IMG/VR virus record: IMGVR_UViG_3300043446_005051
Location: 1-64,000 of that record
Length of the DNA stretch: 64,000 nucleotides
Reading direction: 5' to 3' (one strand)
Source: a virus
Positions 11,528 through 23,900 of this stretch are shown here, in pieces. Each line of letters starts with the position of its first letter. Position 1 is the stretch's first letter. The position numbers and the translations under genes are program-made. The notes below the pieces were generated by a model. The model was not told where the DNA came from, ran no database searches, and saw nothing but the letters and a program-made list of their open reading frames with translations.

Positions 11528-12341
11528 AAACTGTGCCCTTTAGAATCTATGTATTCTAGCACGAAAATTATGCAAGAAAACCTATAATGTGCCAGAACGA
11601 TTACTGGCACATTATAGGTTTTATATCAATCAATCTGGATTAAAGATATAATCATATCGCTCACCATATTCCCATTCTAATTCAGAATACTCATATCTTG
11701 TTTGAAATCTCCTTGCCATTTCCTTCTCAGCATAACAATATACATCATTTGGGTGCATATCTTTACATACTTCTTTCGCCAGAGATGTTGCAAGTTCTTT
11801 TGTAATTTGCATAATAATCAAAGACAATGGATAGAGTTAATAATTCTATTGCTTATGATAGTTTCGAGACATTCACCAAGAGATTTACATTCTCCACCAG
11901 ATTCATATATTCCATCTGGACCATCATAAAGTTTCCAACAATAGATTGGCTCATTTTTACCATCTGAAGAAAACTTATCTATAATTTCTATTTTCATCAG
12001 ATTTCACCTCTTTGAACTAGAATAATGCGAATCTGGTCTTGAATAAATGTTTTCAACTTTTGGTCATTTGTCATTGAATATGCAGTCTTTAGACGTTCCA
12101 GATATTCAGTCTGAGTAGGAAGATTTCCTACATTTCCTTTAGTTTCTCCAATCATTTTAAGTGGAGACCCAGCTTTCCTTCTTGGTTGAGAAATAGCGCC
12201 AGAAGTCCTCAATTTTGGTTTAATCTTTGAAAGATTAGATGTTGCAAAATCAGACATAATCAAGCGATGTCTTGACTCTCCTATGATAGCAGAACTTAAA
12301 TCTCACAAAAAGGCTACTGTGCCACTTTAACTTGTGGCACA

Positions 12342-12923
12342 TTACCCTATTCTTTTTCTTTTGGATGTATCTATTCCTCTTGCTTTTTGATATTGAGATA
12401 GATTGCCAGAATTAGTTACAAACCCAGTTTCAAGACATATCCATTTTTGAGCATTATTTTTCTTTGCGTTGTTACTTCTTTGTTCTCGTGTAAGAGCGTG
12501 TATTCCAACTTTATTTTTATAATTTTTTTCGCCCATTCTTTTTCCAATTTCTCTTCTTTTTTCTGTGGAGAAGTTGTGAATCCCTATTTTATTTTCAAAG
12601 CAATATAATCCAGACTGTCTTATCGCATTCATTGAAATTCTCCCTCCACAACTCTCATTTAAACACCACTTATCACAATTATAAACTGGTGAAATTAGTC
12701 TCTTTTCAATTTCTTGTGCTTTCAACCAACCATCATCAGTATAATCAAATATTTCCAATATTTGCTTCTTTGGAGTATAAAATTCCCAACACCATTTATT
12801 GGTTTTTGGTGAGCCCCAATACTTTTCATTATATTTTTTTTCTTTTTTTACCCCATAGTAATAATAAGGTACTTCTTCAAAAGTAATTTTATATGTATAA
12901 ATTCTTGGACTATTTTTAGTCAT
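12342..12923 (-). mobile_element. Free-standing putative homing endonuclease (degenerate GIY-YIG/Seg-like, basic C-terminal DNA-binding repeats)
   Basis: RIYTYKITF...YYYYGVKKE...YWGSP...E...LNE; KIGIH/KVGIH repeats; late promoter TATAAATA at 12949-12956. Confidence 0.7.
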
Positions 12924-12980
12924 TTTTATTCTATTGGTACTGCATTATTATTTATAATAGTTTATAATAGTTTATAATAG

Positions 12981-13040
12981 AAAAGGTGTCCATAAGGACA
13001 CCTAATCTTGTCTGTAGAGAATTGCAGTACCAACAGACTA
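12981..13040 (-). ncRNA. Candidate small RNA complementary to the endonuclease 5' UTR
   Basis: TAAATA box at 13044-13049, terminator AGGTGTCC-TTAT-GGACACCT-TTT at 12981-13003, and a 15-nt segment (13023-13037) inverted-complementary to 12930-12944. Confidence 0.45.
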
Positions 13041-13277
13041 TTCTATTTAGGAGGTAATATACAATATCAAAAGTAATTAGTTACTTGAAGCTCTTGCATA
13101 GTTAAATAGAAAATTCAGACAAAAGTGGGGATTTGAAACCTAAAGATACTGCTTGGCGAATAATGTTTTCATAAGAATGAGAAATCAGAGGAATGCCCAA
13201 GTCACATAGATAATCTTCTGCATCTTCAGCAATAGACTCAAGAAAACGATGGGGAATAGTTGAATTCATAAAATACC

Positions 13278-13547
13278 TCATTCAGAAATAAAATAATCAA
13301 GATAATCTAAAACTCGAATCATACCCTTTTGTTCAACGATTAAGTTTGCGGGTACTTTATTGTCGAGATGTTTATTTGGAGTTTGAATCCAATGTCTCAT
13401 ATTAAGTTCATTTCCACCTGCAGCAATATGAAGTTTTTGATAAAGTCGAAGAAGATTTACATCATTCTGCCATTCAGTAATACCAAAAATCTCAGCTGCA
13501 CGATTTGCATACTTTCGATGAAAGAAATCATTATCCCCAGTATTCAT
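13278..13547 (-). CDS. Xre/MbcA/ParS antitoxin C-terminal (toxin-binding) domain-like protein
   Basis: GN...MRHWIQTPNKHLDNKVPANLI...G..RVLDYL motif. Confidence 0.7.
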   Translation of the reverse strand: MNTGDNDFFHRKYANRAAEIFGITEWQNDVNLLRLYQKLHIAAGGNELNMRHWIQTPNKHLDNKVPANLIVEQKGMIRVLDYLDYFISE

Positions 13548-13950
13548 ATTGAAATCCCTCGTCTGTAGAATAGTGTACGTGTTTAATTCCAGAATTCAAA
13601 ATAAATCCAGAACAAATCTTACAAGGTCTTGCATTTCTAAGTTCTATTCCAGAATGACCTCCAACTCTACAAATTACTATAGTGTCTGCTTTTCGTTTTG
13701 CTTTAATTAGTGCTCCAATTTCAGCGTGAAGAAACAATTTCTTTGAAAAGTCATTGCCGTGAACTCTTGCAGTTTCATTTGCAAGTCTATATTGAATAGG
13801 ATGAGTTCTTTGATCGAAATTGCAAGAATGTGAAATAATTTTCTTTTTAGACAAAAGAATTGCTCCTACTCTCTTTTGAGAAGGAGATGAAGAAGCAACT
13901 TTTATTGCTTGATTAAGTATTCGAGTTTTGAGAAACGAAGAGGTGGGCAT
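13531..13950 (-). CDS. Cytidine/dCMP deaminase-fold Zn-dependent deaminase
   Basis: RVGAIL, LHAEIGAL, ARPCKIC, GIKHVHYST motifs. Confidence 0.85.
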   Translation of the reverse strand: MPTSSFLKTRILNQAIKVASSSPSQKRVGAILLSKKKIISHSCNFDQRTHPIQYRLANETARVHGNDFSKKLFLHAEIGALIKAKRKADTIVICRVGGHSGIELRNARPCKICSGFILNSGIKHVHYSTDEGFQYEYWG

Positions 13951-14728
13951 CTACACATAATATCAGAAGTTCAGGTGAAAATCAAGTCTACTGTGCCAGT
14001 TCTACAGTTGGCACAGTCATTATTTAATTCGTTGAATCTTAGGCAAAGGTTCATTGCCCCATTTCATAGGAGGATCATAATTAACTGTCATCATTTCTGG
14101 CCATTTCCTTGGAGAATCTTCACTTTCAATAATACCATCTTCTACTGCACGTTCCCAAGATAGTTTATGTTCAAATGCTTTATGAATATCATAAAGCACT
14201 CCATTAGATTCTGGAAGACTTGGATGACCAATACCGAGAGAAGAGAACCCTCCATCAATACCGTCTAGCATATGCTTTGAAAGAATTGCACCAATCAGAT
14301 CCATATCATTATGGAATTGATTATAATCAATATCTTTACTCAGTGGAAGATTATCACGAATCTCTCTCCACTGACCGAGTTGCACTCTTTGAATCAAATT
14401 GGTTGCATCAATAATTGCTCTCATTTGATTTTCGGTGAGAGTCACTTGATAAGTTTTAGTCATTTCTTGTTTCACTTAGAGTTTTCTTTAATAGCTTTTA
14501 CAATAATTTCAATGCTTGATACAATCAAAAATGCTTGAAAGAAAGTAATTGGAAATGCAAGAGTAACAATCCAAGCACAAAATGAAATTACAATGAGAGC
14601 GCCAATCACTCTACCAAGAAGAAAAGCGTAATCAGTTTTCATTTCAGAAGAAATCCTTTGTGGATGAAAGTATCATAGCAGATGGCACACACTTCAGGGC
14701 GATGTAATGTGCCAGTTACACAACTGGC

Positions 14729-14983
14729 TCATCTGAAATAACGAATAGTGTATCCTTTGAAGGGTGCAGAACAGACCACTCCTTTAATATGCTTTCCGTT
14801 TGAATTTAATGCTGTAAAGTTATAGCGAAACATATCATCTTCACTACAAGCAAAAAGATTTACTCCAGTAATCTCAACATCAGTATATCCTTGCTCTTCC
14901 AGAATTGAACGTGAAGAATCAGGAACTACAGAACAAGCAGATAGAAATAGAATACAAAAAAGAATTACAAATAGATTTTTCAT
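14729..14983 (-). CDS. Small phage lipoprotein
   Basis: Signal peptide with lipobox LSA-C; two further Cys (ACSEDD, GVVC). Confidence 0.7.
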   Translation of the reverse strand: MKNLFVILFCILFLSACSVVPDSSRSILEEQGYTDVEITGVNLFACSEDDMFRYNFTALNSNGKHIKGVVCSAPFKGYTIRYFR

Positions 14984-17900
14984 AGTTCAATCATTCATTC
15001 CAAGGTGCTTTTTTAGTCAGTACATTTGCAATCAGTGGGTCATACTCACCTGGTTCATCTAAAAGTTCCATAAGAGAATCATAGTCTTCCAATGAGAGAT
15101 ACATCCGATAAGGCTCATTTGAGTCTGGATTTAAGTATGTAAAGAACTCCCAAGTATAAAAGTGATTATATGGCTCTTGAAGAAGAGTCCACCAGGCAAG
15201 AAAGTGATAATAGCACTGTTGCCATCCTTTTAAAACTTGTTTCATTGTTTTATTTCTTATTCAGATTATTTATTCATTTGAATTGTCAAACGTAAAGTAT
15301 TCGCAAATTTGGGCCATTACGCATTCTTCAATTGAATTGATAATATCTCCTTCTGGAGGATTTTCTTGATACTTAAATGCTCTATTATAGCCTCTACGAA
15401 CTCCTTGTTCGATTGCCATTTCCAGAATTACAAAAGTTTTTGGTTTCATAGTGTTCAACCTTGAGGTACAAAATAGATTCTATCCATCAGAAGAAATCGA
15501 ATTTCATCCTTAAGGATTCCATCCATTTCTCCCATTTGTTGGGAAATAAACTCTGAAAACATATTCATCATAAACTCTGCATATTTTTCAGACTCTTGAA
15601 TATATTTTACTGCTTCAGGTGTAAGCACATCTGCAAGTTTCCTGACAGTTGATTCAGATAGTTTTGTCATAGTTTTTTGTGGTCGTTTGAGTTGAATGTC
15701 TACGATATCTCTAATATGAGAACCTTGTGTATAATATCTACCATCATTGGAATAATACCAATGACCCGTTACTCCTACAAACTCGATACTATAAGAATAA
15801 AAATTACTTAGAAGGAATGAGTAACCTTGAACAATTCCATGGCGTATACTTTTATCTCTCAGAGTAACAATAACTTCTTTATCAACAAATTGTGAGAGGT
15901 CAATAGTCATTTCAGTACATCACTACGAATAAGTTCGTCAACCCAACGGTCAGAAACCCAATCAATACAGAAATTCAGAAGTTTGTCGTCATAGTATGGA
16001 TCAAGATCAGCGGGAATTGTGTGGTAAAGTTCTTGATTCACACGACAGAGTTCGTTCATGAAATACTGACCCAAACGAAGTTCAGGTGGTTTCTCGGAAC
16101 GATAGAAGTTTAGAAGGAAGGTATCAAAGTTCATAAGGGAAGTTTGAACTGAAGTCAGTATAGGGCATGAAGTGGGTGCTGTGGGGCGTCAGTGTGCCAG
16201 TTCGTCAACTGGTTGGTTGAGTAGATTTACAATGTCAGAAAGAGTCATTTTAGAAAGAATGCGCTTCTTTACTTCATCTGACATTTCATCAATTAGTTTT
16301 TCTTTCTTTTCTTCACTGGTCATCGCAAGAATCTGGTCACAAGTCATAACTCCATCACCACCATAAGGAATAGTACCTGACCATTCTGAGGTTATATTTT
16401 CAATTTCATCTACAACTTCAATTTCTGGCTCCTCACGATACACGATTTCACCTACCAAATCTCGTGCCTTGAAATAAGCATCATCATAATTATCTGCAAC
16501 TACAAGTGCATTGTAGTGTACTAAAACATCAAAAAGTTTGTAAGTCATTGAGTTACATCACAATTTAGAAAATAATGAAATCTTGCTTCATTAGGTGGAG
16601 CATAGCGAACTACGTCACAATTATTATATCTGTCTACAACTTTATAAAGTTCTTTTGTTTCTTTAAGTTCTGTTGATGTTGATGTAAGTAGTGTATGAAT
16701 AAACAAGATATTCATTGCAATTATAGCAACACTACAACCTACTGTAATAAGTAATTTGCTCATTAGTCTTGCCCCGTATCTGGATATTCTGGAGTGATTG
16801 ATGTAATTATGTAGTCTTCAGATTGAATCATTTCATATGCCTTAGCAATCGCATTGTGCATTGTTTTACAATACTTACGACGATAAGATAAATCACCCTT
16901 CTTATGATAATTGATACAATACTGAGTGTTTGTATCATACCATTCCATTCGCTCTTCATCCCAACTTTTATTTTTTAGAAGCTCATCTAAATTGATTGTT
17001 GGTTGATTGTTTTCTTCTTCCCAAAAATCATCATATACTTCACCTGGACATTGCGAAAAGTTTTTAGTCATTTCACTTTCCATTGAATTTTTTCATAAGA
17101 ATGTCCCTATAAGAGTTATATCCCGAATTCCAGGAAACATACCAATCATCACAAGCAGATGGTTCATTTGTTTCATCAGGTAAAAACTCTATAATTCGTT
17201 TCACCAAACTCTCAATAGATGCCTCCATATTCAAGTCACTGTGGGCGGTGAAAACATCATCCCACCAGTCAGCAACACATTCATAAAGACTAGTTGGTTT
17301 CTTTGAATTGAGATACTGTTTGTAACGATTGGTTTCTCCTTTTTCGTCAGTAATCTTATAAGTCCATTCCTTCTCTTGAAGTTCCTTTACTTCTTCTTTT
17401 AGCTCTTCAACCTTCACCTCATTCGTTGCAGCAATATAACCCCTCTTAAAAGATACCCAGCAACTGAAATCATTATTAGATTTTAGTTCATCTGGGTAAA
17501 CACCATAATTATCTTTGAACGCAACTTCCACTGGTGATTTTTGCTGCTCAAGTTCTTCAAGTTTTGCTTGAAGTTCTTCAATTTGTTTTTGAATTTCTTT
17601 TTTTTGAATTTTGGTGTGTTCTGAATAATTGCAATTAGTCATTTGATTTTTATGCGAGTTGCGGTAATTCAATACTCTTTCGTGATTCATTTTACAGTAC
17701 ATTAGACAAACCTACAGCAATTGTGACACCAAGAATGATTGTGCCCATTGCAAGAGACAGTTGCCTATCGTTCATTCCTTTAGCAATGAAGATAAAAGAT
17801 ACAACTAGGCCAAGTTGAACATTAGTCATTTTCACTTCTCAGAATACTTGTTGTACTTATAAGTGTCCAGAACTTCTCCAGTGTGTTTGTTGTAAAGATA

Positions 17901-20900
17901 CGCCCAAGTTGTTGGAAGAGACTCACAAAGTCCAAGAAACTTAGAAGCATCTGAAATGCGAATCACAGTTGGAATGTCCTGTGATTTATGATAGAAAACA
18001 GCGACTAGGTTCATTTCAGTTCTTCTTAAAGAGTTTGTAAATGGTATCAGCAACAGCGAGTGCCTCTTCTTTATTCATACAAATATGAAGTACTCGCTTT
18101 TCACCAACATCTGTTCTTACCTCCCAATAAGAAATAGTACAACCATCACATCCAACATCAAGGTGTGTATCTTCTACGGTGTACCAAAAATCTTCTTGTT
18201 CTTGAATGCGAACTTGATTGGTGATTTCAATAGTCATTTCAGTTCTGGTGATTTTTCAGGAAGGTTTTGATACAATTCATAACATCTTCAAGAGTAGGAG
18301 CACTACCATCATAATAGTAATCCATATTCATTACATCAGTCACTTTGAGAGTGAAATGGTAAGTTCCATCAGAAGAATACTGATGAATATTGATGTGGGT
18401 TTCGTAGTCCATTCGTTTGGTTGCTTATGAGAATATCATAGCACAACACACCGCCAGTTCAAGCGGTGCTGTGCCAGTTATTCAATTGGTTTCATTACAA
18501 AGTTGAGAAGTAAGAACATCCCACTCTTCTGGGGTGAGCATATTCTTAACTTTCTCCACTACTTCTTTCCGTTCCTTCTCCGCTTTACGGGTGTAATACT
18601 GACAAGGGTTTCCATCGGCATCACCATAAGGAATGGCATCGTACCAGGGATGGTCTTTGTTTACAGAATAGACAGAACCGTTGTATACAATCTTTGGATT
18701 TACATTTTCACAGATATTGCAAAGATTTTCTTGTGCAATGTTAATTGGAAATTCACCATATTCTTCAGCAACCACCATCACATCATAATAAATGCTAACA
18801 GAATGAAGTCGTTTGGTCATTGAGAGTTTCTTTGAGTTCAGTAGTATCATAGCACAAAGGCACACTCATCACAAGGAGCAGTGTGCCAGTTCTTCAAGTG
18901 TCTTCACACATAATGAATTACAGGAAATAGCTTATCCAAATAATTCATAAATGCTATTTGAATTGCGCTTTTGATATCAACAGTTACTTGTTTCTCTGGG
19001 GGCATACCCTGATGATATTTGTAGAATTGTTTTTGCTTATTGTAATAATCCTCCCATAAAACTCTAAAATTCTGCAAATCTTCTTTATTGACTGAAATCT
19101 TAAACTCCAGAGTTGGAATAAGAGTGTTTGGATTTACAGTAGAACTGTCTTCAATCTGAATTGATTGATGTAGATTAAAATTTGGTTCTGGAATTACTTT
19201 GCTGCTAATATGAGACCGAAGATCTTTATCAAGTTGAAGAAGTTCTTCGTCTGTAAGTTGTGTAAGGTCAATCATTTTTAATCTCCTCTATTTTAATTGT
19301 ATCAAATGAATAATCTCTTAGTGCCTCATAAACAATCTCTTCGTAAGTCTGATTACAGAATTTAATGTCTGCTTCGTCATCATATTCAACTTCAATAAGA
19401 AATTTAGGCATTTTCAAACTCCTTTTTGAGACGCTCATATTCTTGGCGTCGTTTTTCTTTTGCTTTGACTTTCCGTTCTTTCTCCTTCTCCAACTCTTTC
19501 ATCCGTTTATTATATTCTTTATCTGTTTCTGGGCGGTGCTTGTAAAGATAAAAAGCAGTGTAATCTTCGTAAGGTTCGCAATCACTTTCAATACCTTCCC
19601 ATCCATCGTCTTCTAATTTTTTCAAAGATGCTATGATGTCCTTAAGAGAACCTTCAAAGTCCCCCCAATACCTTTCAGTTACTTTGACTTGAATTCGGTT
19701 TGGTTGTTTAGTCATCAGTCCTTTGTGTGTATGGGGTCATTATAGTATCAGGCGCACTGAGACTCAAGAGACGATGTGCCAGTTGTTCAAGTGACTTTAG
19801 TCATTCAAACACCTCATCAATTTCATCAATAGTCATAATATAAGGATATTCACATCCTGTATAAGAGTACATTTTATTCTGCATTTCATACCAACTTTTA
19901 TTCAAAATCCACCAAAAAGTCACACAATATCCATCAGCATAACAAAATCCTTCATCCAGAACCTCATTCGCCCAGATATTGGTTTCCACTGGAATGCGCA
20001 TCCAGATAGTCCAGTAGTCAAAGATTAGTTTGGTGAGTTTCATTTCATAATCTCCTTGTATTTCAAAGCAAAGTGTCTATAAGCGTACATAGCAACTTTT
20101 GGCATCAACTCAAAATAATAATACTTGTCGCAATACTCTCTTGTTTTCTCCCTCAAGAATTGTGCTTCATATTCATCGTGACCGTTCCTCTCATAATCCT
20201 CAATAATTTTCCAGAGGTCTTCTTCTGTTTGTGCCCTGATAAACTCGTCAATTGTTAGGTATTTCATTTTTCAGTCCCAATAAGATTACAAAATTCCTGA
20301 ACTGACATATCAGCAAGAGTTCCAAGAGGAATCATTTCCTCTCTTGACCTGACACATCCATAATCAAATCCATCCTTATATACATCCTTCATCAGTCCAT
20401 AAAGTTTAGAAAAATCAGAGGATGAAAGATTAAGTAATTCTCGCAGTTCTTTGAGTTTGTTATGAGTGTTGTCAGAAAACATTAGATTTTCTTTGTTTAT
20501 GAGCGCATCATAGCACAAAGGAGCACTGTGTTTCAAGTACCCTTGTGACGGTCTGGGAGGTGTCCTTATGTCAGTCAATAACGTTCAATACAAATGAATT
20601 GATTAAGTTTCCAAGACTCATAGTACCACTTATGCTTAGGAGTATGATTGCGATAACACCATACCTTCTCAATCTCAATTACATCTTCATAAGACAAATG
20701 CAGACGATTCACATAACTTCTCATTCTTTTTGCAGAATGAAAGTATTTGACCTTTCTACAATTAGACTCCCACCAAATGACTTCATAGGTTAACCTGCGT
20801 TTGATTTTCTTATGTGATTTTTTAGTGAGATGTTTATAAACCTTTGGATGAAGTATGACCATATTCATTTGTTCGTTGTGATATTCTTTGATTTGTTCTA

Positions 20901-23900
20901 TAAGGTCATCCCTGACGAGTTGTTCTATTTCACCTGCAGCAAGTTGCTCTATGCTTCGGTTGTTTCGGTTTTTGAGTTCTTCTGGGAGTTGATTAGTCAT
21001 AATTATCCCACTCATAATCAAACGCAATTCTTCTATGTTTTGTGTCAGTCACGGCAATCACTTTACCCACACTGTATGGGTTTCTTTTACATTCTTCCCA
21101 GTGCTTTCTTGCTGTTTCTTTGTCAGTTGTGCGACCACAGTAGTTTCCATCACCCATAACATCAGCAGTTGTTCCAGCATACAATAGATACCAAGTTTCA
21201 TTCATAACCAGTCTCCTCACCACTCAAAGTCCCCCAGAAGTCCCAGTCTTCACCATTCATATGCCCTTTCCAGTTTCTGAAGTTATTGAAACAATACTTA
21301 AATCCCCACTTGAGATTCCAAAGAAATCGTTGAATTGGAGTGTGATTCTTGTAGTTATCAAGGAACTCATAGACTTCTGTATGAACGATAGTATGATTCC
21401 CACTCCTCCACGCTTCCATTGATAATCTACGCAGATATTCGCCGAATTCCTTTTCATTTGCTGGGTCAGTCATACATCAATCTCCAAAGGTTCAGTGGGC
21501 GTTGAACTAAAAGTCTCTGCGAATTCTTTCCATTTCTTATTTAAGGATTCTTTCACAATAAGACTATAACTATCTCCAGACCATCTAGTTTCATACCTAA
21601 TCTCCCCCATAATTAGTTCTCTTAACATTTGAATTTGTTCTTTTTTCATAGCCATCCATCAAAAATACCATCATAATTGTTAAGTGCTTCCCAGAACCAA
21701 TAAGAACCATCTACCTCATCCCATTGTTTAGGATGCAAATGCGGAAACATTGTGATTTGCCATTCAATAAAAGCATACTGCCAAGTCTTTCTACTTTTCC
21801 AGAAGATTTTAAGTTTATTCATCAGATTCATCCAAGTACCATTCATTCCCGTTTAAGGCAAACCAAAACCAAAAGGCATCATCCAATTCATAAATTTTGC
21901 TGTATTCCCATTTGCTATAATTAAGATGTGGAAACTGCAAAATCCACCAATACTCAAAGCATTCTTCCCAGTCTTTCCACAAGAATTTGAGTCTATTTAT
22001 CATAGTTACCATAAATCATCAGTGCAACCTCATCTATAGGAGGAAACAATAAAACATACCACTTCAGTCATCTTTCTTCATACAAGGGTATTCAAAGTTC
22101 TCTCCAATTTGTTCCAGTAGAGTGCGGGCAAAGTGTATTTGTGCATATTCCTCTGCTTGCTCCACAGTTTCCTCAAGTTCCCTCTCATCATAAACATCAT
22201 AAAACCTATCTCTTTCATAGCAGTGTTTATGTTCTGCGTATTGTTTGAGAACCTTGATGAGAAGTGCAAGTTTTTCTGTGTCAGTCATAATACTATCAAG
22301 TAAAGGAGTTTTCAGATTCTACCTCTGAACGCATCTGCAACTTCATCAGGGAGCATAAATGTTCCCATCCAACTATCAGTGGGAGCAAAAGTGTGAAACT
22401 CAAGGGAGAAAACTCTAATCACTGCCTCTCGCAGTTCTTGCTCTGACATATTCATAATGTCTTCAATCTGACATCCGTGATAAGAGTTTAGGATGTTGCT
22501 CATTTGCTAGGGATGTGTGTACTAAAGTATCATAGCACAACGGCACACTCATCACAAGGACAAGTGGGCCAGTCTGTCAAGTGGTCTTTTCATTCATTCT
22601 TCCACCTCCCACTCTACTACACGATACATATCCTGATAGAAAAATTGAAGGTTTAATTCCTCTTCACTATAAAAACTTCGGTCTTCTTTAATGAGACTTT
22701 CTTTCATCTCATTTGCTTTCTCTTCTGATAGGAAGATATTACAGATGTTTAGACTTGCAATTCCAGGTCCACTGTCAAAATCTTCCACGACGACATATAC
22801 TTTCACTTCTTCTCCTCCACTGGAACATAATTCATTTGAAACAAACCTTTTGTGGTTTTCAGTCTTGTGCCTGTCATTTTGTGTTCCATCAGAATTCGGT
22901 GGGGTTCTACCCCAATAACAATATAAACCTCAGGCAAGTCTTTGTATCTCCATTTAGAACCAATTTCAATTTGTGTCATTTCTTCACCCACAAACAATCA
23001 AAGCACAAATACATCATCCATCGCACAAACCTATTTGGCACTTGTCCTTCTACTGGAGTATAACATATACTCCATACCATCAGGACGATTGCCGAACATA
23101 TAACAAGTCCAGTTAGATTGTTTTGGTAGATTGATAGCATAAGAACTTGTAGGTAGATTATCACCAGAAGGTTTTACTGGTTGTCCTATATTCTGTTCCG
23201 TTGGTTTCCATTCAGTCATTTGTGATACTTCAAAATCATTTTGAGTGTTGTTGCTGGAGACATATCCTCATCAATTTTATGAGGTTTTAGAAGTTCTACA
23301 AGTTCTTCATATTTCTCTTTGTAGTTAGTTCCCAAATCTACATTCTCATCACACAGAGCATCCTGAAGAATTCTCAAAGACGCTCCTATTTTATTTGGAT
23401 GGTCTTTGGGAGTATACTGAAAGCCCCCAAATACACGGGTCATCCAGTTGGGGGGATATGCATACTTATGAATAACTTTTCGGACATCATCTTCGTCTAA
23501 AGTGTATCGGAAATGATATACTGGAAAATATCCATTCTCTGCTGATAGGTCTCTGCAATAATCAAATTTCATTTTGCTCCTGTTGGTATTCGTCTTGTTG
23601 GTCTAGACGTTTTTCAAGTTGCTCAATTCTATCACAGAGTTCCGTAATAACACAAATCAGGGAAGGATAGCAAATAATTTCAGTATCATTCCCATCTTCC
23701 ATATCAATATGCTTGGAATAGCAGAGTTCCTTTGTAAAGTCTCGGTTAGTAGTCATCAAAATTCCTCCACAATCAGAACACCATTTAGACAGGTAATACC
23801 AGTTTTATCAAGTTCTTCTTTTGCTTTTTGTAAATCTAGTTCATCAAGTTTTCTACCAACATAATCACCAAAGTCAACCTCGCAGTCATCAGAACAATAA

